Positions 54,055 through 63,502 of a DNA stretch of 64,000 bases are shown here, one piece after another. Numbering within the stretch: the stretch's first letter is position 1; each line of letters starts with the position of its first letter. Position numbers and translations under genes: made by a program. Under the pieces are notes generated by a model. That model was not told the origin of the DNA, searched no databases, and saw nothing but the letters and a program-made list of their open reading frames with translations. Location of the stretch: the IMG/VR virus record IMGVR_UViG_3300034358_000008, positions 1 to 64,000 of that record; one strand, written 5' to 3'.

Positions 54055-54116
54055 CATTAGAAACTGTTTTATCGCTACATCACTATTTTGAATTAACTCC
54101 AGTAAAGGAAAGCTTC

Positions 54117-55613
54117 ATGTCCGTACAACGTATTAATGAAATCAACATGGCTGCTGGTACTCTCGTCGGTAAGACCATGCAAGCATTGATGGGTACCGAT
54201 AAAGAACGTGTGTTCTTGCGTGCAGCTATGGCCCGTGGTGTCGATGTCACTGAACGATTGTTGAAGCTGGTAACCGATGGTATCACTTTTGATACCTGGG
54301 CTGAATACTTCATGAGTGTTAACAGTGGTATCGGTAGTGATGGTGAGTGGGATGCAGCTGATCTCGAAGAGCTGAAAAAGCTCAATGATGAACTAGCTAC
54401 CATTGACCTGCACGAGTACTACGAAACTATCGTCACGCCTTACCTCAATGTCGAACGGTTGAGCTTCGATCTCTCGGAGATGAAAGAGTACCGTGACGTG
54501 ATGGAATCCATCTGGAAAGAAGAAGATGTAGAAGAAGGTGTTGCACCTTCGGAAGAAGTGGCGTAGACTACGCTTGCAACATTAGAAACGCTTTAAAGGC
54601 TATATTACAAAGGTGATAATCAATCATGAATATCACCATCAATGTTACCTACAGGAGTTACAACATGTTTGAATTCTTCGCTCAGCCAGTTAAGACCCTT
54701 GCTGAAGTTCGTAACTACAACGATCTCAATTCGTTCGTTCTTATGCGCGGTTTGCAGTTGGGTCTGAACGCCATTGAAAGCAATGATCTGGTTTACATGG
54801 AAGCGGCTCGGGCTGACATCGTGGCCATTCGTGATGCTTTTATCGAGATCATGAATGCACGTTACGATTACCTGACTTGGTACAGCTTCATTCTGTACCT
54901 GAACCGCAAGTCCAAAATCATGGCATTGGATGCATCCGGCGATCTGCTGGCTGCACTTGACATGTTCACCACGTTCGACGCTCAACAGTACTACGCTGAG
55001 TATGTCAAACCTCTGTTCGGTACCATGACTGAAGGTCAGATCATGGCTCACTACGCTACTCAATTGGCTAACGTCGATAAAACTATCGAAGACATGCGAG
55101 TAGCACTCGGTCGTTGATTTAACCGTAATAAGGTGGTATTCTCTCTGAGTACCACCCCTCAACTATATCTACAGGAGTTCCACCATGTCCCATGCATTCA
55201 CCGAAGTGAACATTAAAGCTGCTGCCATTGGCGAAGCTCTGTTGCAAAAGGCTATCATCGATGGTGACATCGAAACCCTCAAAGCCTTCCGTCAATGTGC
55301 AGCTGACCTGTACGAAAACCTCATTCAGGTGGTTGATACCAAACCTGATTTCGCCACTTGGCATGCTCTGTTCCTCAAACTGAACAAAGAAACAACGATG
55401 AACCAACTCGATACCACTGGCGAGTTCACTCGTCTGGTTAACCTGTTGGATGACATCGATGCTGGCGCGCACTATCGGACTGAAGTAGTTCCGCTGTTCG
55501 CCATGGGTAAAGCCCCGTTCGAAGCTGAACGTGATATGTGCCTCGGTAACCTGGATGAGCTGATCGCCATCGTTATTCGTCGCAGTGCTGAAGATAAAGC
55601 TTCTGACGTATAA
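54117..55613 (+). other. Three paralogous helical proteins (54117-54566, 54626-55117, 55185-55613)
   Basis: Shared TW-x(7)-N and D-x(3-4)-Y-x(3)-V-x-P motifs. Confidence 0.7.
54601..54608 (+). promoter_or_regulatory. Early promoter motif TATATTAC
   Basis: tagaaacgctttaaaggcTATATTACaaaggtgata. Confidence 0.75.
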
Positions 55614-55622
55614 CTGAAACGG

Positions 55623-55656
55623 CATAAAGCCCCTACCTTCGGGTAGGGGTCTTATG
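55623..55656. repeat. Palindromic bidirectional terminator element, near-identical to 35887-35920
   Basis: cataaagcccctaccttcgggtaggggt(c/a)ttatg; 1 mismatch in 34 nt between the copies. Confidence 0.85.
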
Positions 55657-55671
55657 TTATTTCTTTTTTGT

Positions 55672-57978
55672 TTACATCTTGCAAGCACCACTACCGCAGT
55701 CAGCATTATCTTCCGCAGAGATATTACCGTGCGCAGATTCCATAGCTTCCAACGAGAGGTTAGCTGTGGTTTCAGTATTGTAGTAGTAACGGGATTTCAT
55801 ACCCATCTTAACCATGTAGAAATACTCTTTGAGCAGTTCGTTGATATCGATCTGTTCACGGCCTACGATACGACGGAACAAGTCAGCCGAGATTGCTTGG
55901 TCAGTAAACTTCTGGAAGATCGCGTAGCAGTCGATCATGTCCTTGGTAGGGATATCCCAAGCGAACTGATACTTGATAGTCGGATCATCACCAAACGGAG
56001 CAGCCCAGTACAGGTGATTGTTCTGATCATTCTTCGATAGAGTCAGACGACGGATCGGATAGATGCCGTTAGCACCGCCCAGAGCTTTCGAACTGGATTC
56101 ACCCGGCATGTATGCAGCCAACACAGAGTGACCAATACCGCCATTCGCGATGATCTGAGCACGCAGCTCTTCCCACTTGAACAGGTTAGAGAACTCAGTA
56201 CCGTCAGACTTGATGGTATCCACCGATTTACGGTAGGTGTCGATTGGCAACCAACCTTCAGGCCACTTGGTCTTATGCATCCATGGAGCCAGACCACGTT
56301 CTTTCGAGATCTGCAAGGAAGCTTCGATCAAGCAGTACATGTGACGTTCGGCAATGAAGTGCATCTCATCTTTACCGGCGTCAGAGGTGTACGTCAGACC
56401 GTTCTGTGCCATATGGGTAGCAAGACCCATGATACCAACACCAGCGCTCATACGCTGCTTAGCGGTGAACTCCAAGTGCGGGAACACATAGGACGAGTTC
56501 AGGATGCAGTAGTCGATCATCTTCAGAGCGTAGTAGCAAACCTTCTTATAGGTTGCCAGATCTGGGATGTTCTCAACCGACACAGCAGCAAGCGAACAAG
56601 TAGCGATTTCACCACGGCCATGATCTTCACTGGAGAACAGGTCAGGCATTTCATAGTACGGAGCGGTAGGCTCAGCAATTTCCATGCACAGGTTAGAACT
56701 ATGGATCGGATCAAGGAACGGGGTATGACGATTGATCTCGTCAATCTGTGCCACGTAAGCTACACCGGTCTCCTGAGCTTCTTTCAACAGAGTCTTCAGT
56801 ACGTCACGAGCCGATGCATAATGCTTGACAAACGTAGGATCTGCTTCATACTTAGCGTACAGGGTTTCAAAGAGTTCGATGTCTTTACCGTAGAAAGCTT
56901 CATGTAGATCTGGAGCAGTGTACGGGTTGAATGCAAAGATCTGATCTTGCCCAGTTTTAGCAGCTGCTTTCTTAGCGAAGAAGCGGTTAGCCAGCATGGC
57001 GAAGTGCATGTCACGGTTACGACGGTCTTCGGTCGAACGTGGGTTACGCAGAGCTTGGATCATGTCAGCTTCTTGGTCGAATGCTTCAAAGAAGCAAGTA
57101 ACCGCACCACCACGACCAGCTTGGATGTTTGCTACAATGGATTTACCCATCGCATCGTAATACTTCTTCTTGCCATGGTGCAGGAACAGACCGTTACGTA
57201 CAGCATCACCCACAGAGCGGGTCATGATGTTAACGCCAATGCCCGCAGACATTTGGGTCATCTTGTCGCCGATGAAGTTACCAATAGCCAGCGAAGTACC
57301 GTTATCGCCAGAAGCGAACAAGCAGCAGCTAGCAAAGCCCCGATGTACAGTACCAAGGTTAATGTAGTTAGGGGTAGGTGCTGAAAGCATCTTGTGTGCA
57401 AAGAGTTCGTAGTAGTCACGAACCACTTGGATACGCGTCGCCTTAGGTTCATTCTCGGCAAGCGCCATAGCCATGCGCATATAAGTAAATTGAGGTGACT
57501 CATATTCTTTACCTGTAACTCGGTTACCCAGTGCGTACTTCTTACGGATCTGGTGCAGAGCGAAGTGAGGTTGATCAAAGTCCAGGTCATGGTTGATGAA
57601 CTTCTGGATCTTCATGTAATCTTGGGTAGTGTACTTCAACTTGATCATCAGTTGATCTTGTTGCAGTCGGGTATGTAGTGCTTTAACGGTCGGGATGCCG
57701 TCAGAACCGTACAGGTGTTTATGAATCCATGCAGCGTACAGTTTACCAGCCAGCATGTAGTGAGACCATGTACGACCAGCGAGTGTACGTTCGATCAAAG
57801 ACATCTGGAATTCTTGCGAAGATGTTTTCTTAGGTGAGGCCCCCGCTACCTCCATTACGATGGAAGTCCAATCCACCTTATCCTTAAGTTTCTCAGCGCC
57901 CCACTCCATCCAGCGGTTAGGCTTAGAGGCATTGAAGGCTTCTTCGGTTCCATCCAGTTTAATAATGGTTTCGATCAT
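55672..57978 (-). CDS. nrdA: Ribonucleotide reductase class Ia alpha subunit
   Basis: ATP cone, ASCCL, SNLCMEI, ATCSL, RYYY and C-terminal CGSGAC. Confidence 0.95.
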   Translation of the reverse strand: MIETIIKLDGTEEAFNASKPNRWMEWGAEKLKDKVDWTSIVMEVAGASPKKTSSQEFQMSLIERTLAGRTWSHYMLAGKLYAAWIHKHLYGSDGIPTVKALHTRLQQDQLMIKLKYTTQDYMKIQKFINHDLDFDQPHFALHQIRKKYALGNRVTGKEYESPQFTYMRMAMALAENEPKATRIQVVRDYYELFAHKMLSAPTPNYINLGTVHRGFASCCLFASGDNGTSLAIGNFIGDKMTQMSAGIGVNIMTRSVGDAVRNGLFLHHGKKKYYDAMGKSIVANIQAGRGGAVTCFFEAFDQEADMIQALRNPRSTEDRRNRDMHFAMLANRFFAKKAAAKTGQDQIFAFNPYTAPDLHEAFYGKDIELFETLYAKYEADPTFVKHYASARDVLKTLLKEAQETGVAYVAQIDEINRHTPFLDPIHSSNLCMEIAEPTAPYYEMPDLFSSEDHGRGEIATCSLAAVSVENIPDLATYKKVCYYALKMIDYCILNSSYVFPHLEFTAKQRMSAGVGIMGLATHMAQNGLTYTSDAGKDEMHFIAERHMYCLIEASLQISKERGLAPWMHKTKWPEGWLPIDTYRKSVDTIKSDGTEFSNLFKWEELRAQIIANGGIGHSVLAAYMPGESSSKALGGANGIYPIRRLTLSKNDQNNHLYWAAPFGDDPTIKYQFAWDIPTKDMIDCYAIFQKFTDQAISADLFRRIVGREQIDINELLKEYFYMVKMGMKSRYYYNTETTANLSLEAMESAHGNISAEDNADCGSGACKM

Positions 57979-58080
57979 TTCTTACTTCCAGTTCGAGTGT
58001 GTTGGTTTTGATTGAAATAGATTCTAACATAGTCTTTGAACGACGAGTATATTTTAGAATCCTTTCCTCTTGCATAAGGT

Positions 58081-58110
58081 TTGACAGAATTTATTTGAGG
58101 TTTATATTAC
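58081..58110 (+). promoter_or_regulatory. TTGACA-16 nt-TATATT(AC): sigma70-like -35 joined to the phage early motif
   Basis: ttgacagaatttatttgaggttTATATTAC. Confidence 0.55.
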
Positions 58111-58147
58111 AGTGGTGTACTTCCCTAACTATGGCTTTGGAGTTATT

Positions 58148-58714
58148 ATGCATAACAAACGTCCTGTACTGAATGCCGGTGCTTTGTTTGATATCCCTAC
58201 CGGTAAGTTTATCGATGGTCTTCGTAGTGAGATCGACGTGGATATGTTGACCGGAGGTAAGGTTACTCAATTGCCAGTGTGGACAGGTAATTACAACCGT
58301 AATACTGGTTTATCCATGATGGCTTTTAACATCATCAACGAACGTCTGCGTAATACCCCACCTAGTACACCAGAGCGTTATGAACTCGCAATCAAGCTCT
58401 TCAATCTGATGGGTTATGGCGTTAAGCAGAAAGACCCTACTAAAGAACCTGAAGTATTCTGGACTGACTTCGATGGTGATGGTAAGGATACAGCTGAGAT
58501 GATTCGTAATGTCCTGCATAAGGACTATGCGGTAGAGATAGCTGAACGAGCTAGGAGTGCAGAGGCAATCACTGAATCCATGAAACGATTGGTTACTGAT
58601 ACGATCCAGTCTAAGTTGGTAGAGCGTGTCACTGAACAAGTCTTTGGTGAAGGTACTTTCATCGTAGCTGATAGCTACTCTCCACTGCGTGAACAGAATA
58701 CCCAGCTGTCCTAA
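58148..58714 (+). CDS. Hypothetical protein with an N-terminal RPVLNAGALFDIPTG motif
   Basis: Motif recalls the N-terminus of phiKZ-like UvsX/RecA; no Walker A follows. Confidence 0.55.
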   Translation: MHNKRPVLNAGALFDIPTGKFIDGLRSEIDVDMLTGGKVTQLPVWTGNYNRNTGLSMMAFNIINERLRNTPPSTPERYELAIKLFNLMGYGVKQKDPTKEPEVFWTDFDGDGKDTAEMIRNVLHKDYAVEIAERARSAEAITESMKRLVTDTIQSKLVERVTEQVFGEGTFIVADSYSPLREQNTQLS

Positions 58715-58746
58715 GATTATGTATTACTATTTTGGAGTATCGCTAG

Positions 58747-59109
58747 GTGGCTCTTTATTCCGCTTTACTTCCAGTAATGGAAGCTAACCAATGGTTCCGT
58801 AATGGAGACCATCCAGAAGACCGTACAATCAACCGTATCAACACTGGACGTATAATCCAGAGACATGACCTCTACAGACCTCATGTAGATCAAAACTCAC
58901 TATGTCCAACCTGTAGTAAGCCTATGGGTGAGCATGGTAAACTGAATCCACAAATACATCTCTGGATCGAGAACGAAGATACAGAGGTATGTCCAGGTGA
59001 TTACATTATCACCTATCGTGACAAGAATGGACGCGTACGCGGGTATACTGTGTATAAGCGTCAACTCTTCGAATTCTTTTATGGACCGTACAAGGAACCC
59101 ACTGAATGA
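58747..59109 (+). CDS. Conserved phage protein (EANQWF.NGDHP, CxxC, PGDYII)
   Basis: GTG start after a weak GGAG-like SD; motif pattern. Confidence 0.6.
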   Translation: MALYSALLPVMEANQWFRNGDHPEDRTINRINTGRIIQRHDLYRPHVDQNSLCPTCSKPMGEHGKLNPQIHLWIENEDTEVCPGDYIITYRDKNGRVRGYTVYKRQLFEFFYGPYKEPTE

Positions 59110-59663
59110 CTTACATCGCTAAACCCGTAGTAGCTGATTCCGCTATCCTGAACCACGTTGCTCGTGACCTCTTGGTCCCTACTGATGACCCGATGGTGAT
59201 CAACCTACGTCGTTCGTTAAAAGTGGTCACTGAAGATGGTGTTATCCATGACCTCACCTTTGAACAGGTCGATGGTCTGGTTAATATTCTGGACCTGAGT
59301 CGTGAAACTCCTCTCATCACTCCACTGCAATATCTCGTTACTGCTTATAACCTCGAAGACCTCGTACAAATGGGTCGTGATGGTTGGGCTGTTACCGAGT
59401 ACAGCATTCAAGTGCTCCACCTAGCCCGTACAGTACGTCTAGACGGCGTTCTACACAAAGAGGGTAGCGTGGATAAGGAGTTCACCTTTGCGCTTGGTGA
59501 GTTCGATTTCGTTCAACAGTTCAGTCTGAGTCGAGTTATCTCTGCACAGCGTGAAGAACTCAAAGTCGTAGCAGGTACTTTCGATATGTCGTATACCTTT
59601 GCTTACGATCCGCAGGGTTTCACTCTGCAACCACATGAAGAGGCAACACCTAATGAAGCTTAG
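59106..59663 (+). CDS. Hypothetical (possibly virion) protein
   Basis: 185-aa ORF coupled to its neighbours. Confidence 0.65.
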   Translation: MTYIAKPVVADSAILNHVARDLLVPTDDPMVINLRRSLKVVTEDGVIHDLTFEQVDGLVNILDLSRETPLITPLQYLVTAYNLEDLVQMGRDGWAVTEYSIQVLHLARTVRLDGVLHKEGSVDKEFTFALGEFDFVQQFSLSRVISAQREELKVVAGTFDMSYTFAYDPQGFTLQPHEEATPNEA

Positions 59664-60207
59664 TATGATTGTAGCTCGGTCTATGGATAACGTCATTGGC
59701 ATTAACAATGACATTCCATGGAAGTGCCCAGCTGATATGCGAAACTTCAAAGATCTCACGACCGGTAAAGCGGTTGTAATGGGACGCAAGACATGGGACT
59801 CACTTCCTAAGAAGCCTCTCCCTAATCGAATGAACATCGTCGTCACCAGTGACCCTAAAAATGTAACTGAATACCATGACAATGTTTTTGTTGTTACGGA
59901 TATATCTACTGCGGTAGCACTTGCGCGGATGAGTGGTTTAGTCGAAGAGTTGGTCTTCATTGGTGGTAAGGCTATCTACGAGGAAGCAGTTAAGATCGTA
60001 GATGAGGTTTACCTCACCGAGATGGAATGGAACACTCTGAGTGATAACACTACTGGGCCAGACGATACGAAGGTTTACTTCGATCATCACTTTGATTACT
60101 CGCCTTCAAATCCTGATCAGGCGTGGACTCTGGTTGAGAGTTACCCAGTACTTGAAAGTCATACTGGGAACACATTGTTTGAATTCTACCACCTTAAGCG
60201 GAAATGA
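59653..60207 (+). CDS. folA: Dihydrofolate reductase
   Basis: MIVARSMDNVIGINNDIPW, DMRNFK, VVMGRKTWDS, KPLPNRMNIVVT and IGGKAIY. Confidence 0.95.
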   Translation: MKLSMIVARSMDNVIGINNDIPWKCPADMRNFKDLTTGKAVVMGRKTWDSLPKKPLPNRMNIVVTSDPKNVTEYHDNVFVVTDISTAVALARMSGLVEELVFIGGKAIYEEAVKIVDEVYLTEMEWNTLSDNTTGPDDTKVYFDHHFDYSPSNPDQAWTLVESYPVLESHTGNTLFEFYHLKRK

Positions 60208-60257
60208 TATGTAGGGAGCTTAGACTCCCTCGTATCTAACCAAATAAGGAAAGCAGC

Positions 60258-60716
60258 ATGTCTTCATTCACGCGGTTCTCAGGCGAACTTCATACCCACT
60301 ATGCAGAAGAAGCCTCTAAGATTCTAGGTGGTAAGTATAAGTGGATTGACCCAGGTTTTGAATATTATCTCAGTGACGATAATCAAGACGAACGGGTTGT
60401 CATTGAACGTGGTTATCTTTCGGACGGAGCTAGTGTACCTAAGCTACTGCAATGGTTAATTCCAGTCTGGGGTAAGTATGGTCAGTGTGCCGTAGTCCAT
60501 GATAAACTCTGTGAGACTTGGACCACTAACAAACGCAAGTTGAATCGTCAACAAGTTGATGAGATCTTCTTTGCCTCTATGAAAGTGGCCAAGGTTAATA
60601 TCTTCCGTCGTAAGGCTATTGAGTTCGGTGTTACTGTGTACCGTATTGTTAAAAGGCCTTCTGGTCCATCACCAGCTGCGATCAAAGATCTGTTGACCCG
60701 AGACTACGTCCTTTAA
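60258..60716 (+). CDS. DUF1353-family protein
   Basis: GYLSDGASVPK and AVVHDKL motifs. Confidence 0.75.
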   Translation: MSSFTRFSGELHTHYAEEASKILGGKYKWIDPGFEYYLSDDNQDERVVIERGYLSDGASVPKLLQWLIPVWGKYGQCAVVHDKLCETWTTNKRKLNRQQVDEIFFASMKVAKVNIFRRKAIEFGVTVYRIVKRPSGPSPAAIKDLLTRDYVL

Positions 60717-60764
60717 CGTCATATCGCCCCTACCACACGGTAGGGGCTTTATGCTGTTTCTTTT

Positions 60765-62960
60765 TTACATCATCACACGGTTACCACGGAAGCGTTCACC
60801 TTGTGCTTTCACAACATCACCGAAACGATGCGAACGTACTTTACGAATACGGTCATCATGTACCTGCTTAATCATGGCATCAATACCAACACCACCTGCA
60901 TCAGATACATCGATCCATCTCGAGATTGCACGGATACGCATTTCGAGTTTAGTGATAACCATTTTATTGGCTTCACCTTTAAGCTTCTCGACCAACATAT
61001 CAAACTCTTCTTTATACTTCTTAGACTGAGAGTCACGGTAGACTTCAACATTAGTCAATTCAACATCACGAGTCTTAGCTCGAGAGAAGATCGTCTTAGA
61101 GTTGATACCATAGAAGTCCAAGTTCTCACCACGGATACATGTCCAGTGAGCCAGCAACATCGATACACACAAGTCATCGTGCGCGTCGTTGGAGTGGTCA
61201 ATACGACCGTTCTTAATAGTGAGACCGAGCATCTCTGTGATAAGCTGTTTGTCATTCATGGTACGACCACCCAGATCCACGGAACTACCCAAGGAATCTT
61301 TGTAGAGAGCATTACGAGAGTAACGACCACTACCAGCAGTGTTGAACCCGAAGTGACGTTTGAATCGATCGTAGAACTGAGGAGTACGTTGAGTAACCGG
61401 AGTAGACCGGATGACTTCATATTCCGTTTCCATGATGATGTGCTCATCGACTACACGGTTGAAGATACGACGGAATGGATCGATACCTTTAGAGTGCAAT
61501 ACCAGAATCACGATGTCGATCAAACTGATACCGGTAGACTTACGTTCAGGTACCCATGTAACACCCGGATACTTGATCAGGATGTCAGCGATGTAGTTAG
61601 CAAGCGTTGCCACGTTGGTTTCATTGTAACGACCAGCGAACAACACATCGTGCGTTTCTGTATCGATACCCACAATACCGGTGGCATCGTTATCTTCACC
61701 CAAGAGTTCACTAGGGTCACAACCCATTACCACACGACAGTTAGCCATACGGGAGGCGATTTCATGCTCTGGGATGTACCATCGCATCATGTAACCGTCA
61801 GAGTTCTGTTCCATGTACAGAGGTTCACGTTGTGCTTCTTTAAGGATCTTCTTGTGTTCGAGTGTCAGAGGAGAACCTTCACCACCCACAGTCCAGATGT
61901 TAAAGAAGTCTCGGTCAGCAATCTCACCGAAGGAACTAGATTCCCGCAACGTACGATACAGCCATAGATCGTCACGACCTAATTGACGGTGGTTGAATGC
62001 ACCATAGATCAAAGGTGTCTTACCTGTAGTACCTTTCTCTACGATCAGTTCTACCGATGCTTGGTTAGGTAGGTCAAAGTAAGCCTCGGACCAGATAGCC
62101 CCACCTGTCATGAACGTGTGTGCATACTTACCATCACGGGTAGTAATGTCACCAGCAGTTGTAGTGAAGATGTTACCGAAGAACTGTTTAGCTTTACGGG
62201 CGTTATCACGTGCAGCAGATCCAGCAGCTAGTGCTACCGGAAGCGATGTTTCAATACGACTGATGTATGCAAATTCGTCGAACTGCATAATAGGTACGGT
62301 CAGACCACGACCGAGTTTATCCGCAGCGATCTTATCGTTACGTGCAACAGACGTCTTGTAACGGTTACCCAAACGTACACAGGTCATCATCTCGGAGTTG
62401 TCCGCATCGTTACGGTCAACCATGTCAATGTAATCAGGTAAGAGGTCTCTCATCTCCTTGAGTCGCTCAATGTTGGCGTCCCGGAGTTTGGAGTCTTTAG
62501 TGATCAAGTTGATGGTAGTCTTAAAGCCCCAGATAAACATCAGGCCAACCATCAGTACGTCCGTTGATACAGACTTACCTGTCTGACGTGGTTGCAGTAG
62601 TCCGAAGTTAATGTGGTTAAAGAAACTCCAGTACAGTGCGATGTTACCACGGTTAGCCAAGAAGATAGAAGGGACCGAACCTACTTGGGGAATACGGGAA
62701 ACCTCACGGAAGTAATACCATGGGTTCCATTTACATTCGAAAGCAATCTTAGCTTTCGTAGTGATGTCTAAGCGTTCATCATAAGGATCGACACCTGACA
62801 ACTCAGGTTGCATCAAAGCCAAATGAAACTTCCAATTCTTAACTTTGAGTTCGTCACGATACAAGTGTGCAAGTTTTAGGAAGGTTGTATTTTTGGTATT
62901 AAAGTCTGCCCGAGCGGTATGGAACCGATCCCAGTCAGAAGCAAAAAGCAGCATATCCAT
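60765..62960 (-). CDS. terL: Terminase large subunit (phiKZ gp25-like)
   Basis: Walker A PRQTGKS, Walker B MQFDEFAY, motif III TTTAG, nuclease GCDPS and HDD. Confidence 0.92.
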   Translation of the reverse strand: MDMLLFASDWDRFHTARADFNTKNTTFLKLAHLYRDELKVKNWKFHLALMQPELSGVDPYDERLDITTKAKIAFECKWNPWYYFREVSRIPQVGSVPSIFLANRGNIALYWSFFNHINFGLLQPRQTGKSVSTDVLMVGLMFIWGFKTTINLITKDSKLRDANIERLKEMRDLLPDYIDMVDRNDADNSEMMTCVRLGNRYKTSVARNDKIAADKLGRGLTVPIMQFDEFAYISRIETSLPVALAAGSAARDNARKAKQFFGNIFTTTAGDITTRDGKYAHTFMTGGAIWSEAYFDLPNQASVELIVEKGTTGKTPLIYGAFNHRQLGRDDLWLYRTLRESSSFGEIADRDFFNIWTVGGEGSPLTLEHKKILKEAQREPLYMEQNSDGYMMRWYIPEHEIASRMANCRVVMGCDPSELLGEDNDATGIVGIDTETHDVLFAGRYNETNVATLANYIADILIKYPGVTWVPERKSTGISLIDIVILVLHSKGIDPFRRIFNRVVDEHIIMETEYEVIRSTPVTQRTPQFYDRFKRHFGFNTAGSGRYSRNALYKDSLGSSVDLGGRTMNDKQLITEMLGLTIKNGRIDHSNDAHDDLCVSMLLAHWTCIRGENLDFYGINSKTIFSRAKTRDVELTNVEVYRDSQSKKYKEEFDMLVEKLKGEANKMVITKLEMRIRAISRWIDVSDAGGVGIDAMIKQVHDDRIRKVRSHRFGDVVKAQGERFRGNRVMM

Positions 62961-63025
62961 TGAAAATTACCTATGGTTATTGAAGTATAGTCTCATAGTG
63001 TTAGCAATAGAAGCCATTATAAGCC

Positions 63026-63033
63026 TATATTAC
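63026..63033 (+). promoter_or_regulatory. Early promoter motif TATATTAC
   Basis: Exact motif, divergent from terL. Confidence 0.7.
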
Positions 63034-63070
63034 TTACGTGAATCAATACCTAAAATCGATAGGAAATCGC

Positions 63071-63478
63071 ATGAAAGTTTATCGTTTTGTTAATCCGCAA
63101 GGTAATGGGATTTATCAAGATGACTTCTTTACCCAAATAGGTTTGACCTATATCGGTGAAGACATCCCGTTCTATCAACCTCCTTTATACGAGGACGTTC
63201 GTGGCTTCAAATGGCACGACCTCAACAAATACTGTTGTGCCTTTGAATCACCGTATCAGATTGTGTCCTGGTTCCGGGATATCAATCCACTTGATATTTT
63301 TATCGAGGGTGGTCAGCTATATGAATTTGATGTAGATATCGATACCGTTTTGCGTGGTCGGTGTCAATGCATTTTCATGAAGGCTAACTTCAATGAAAAA
63401 CGATTAGTTTCGGTAGATGAGTTTATTGACTTAATCGACCAAGTCAGTCAGAAAATGGATTCACTCATTAGTTGGTAA
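63071..63478 (+). CDS. Hypothetical protein, possible ADP-ribosyltransferase fold
   Basis: YRF...G.G.Y, CAFES..Q...WF and LYEFDV spacing. Confidence 0.35.
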   Translation: MKVYRFVNPQGNGIYQDDFFTQIGLTYIGEDIPFYQPPLYEDVRGFKWHDLNKYCCAFESPYQIVSWFRDINPLDIFIEGGQLYEFDVDIDTVLRGRCQCIFMKANFNEKRLVSVDEFIDLIDQVSQKMDSLISW

Positions 63479-63502
63479 CTCAAATTTAGTAGGAGGCCTG
63501 TT

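Noticed and set aside
60801-61967. Long + strand ORF (388 aa) and similar antisense ORFs (27297-28163, 22093-22836, 56128-56907, 51241-51783)
   Set aside because: These are antisense shadows of strongly codon-biased genes (terL, nrdA, nrdB and others), with no SD motifs or recognisable protein features.
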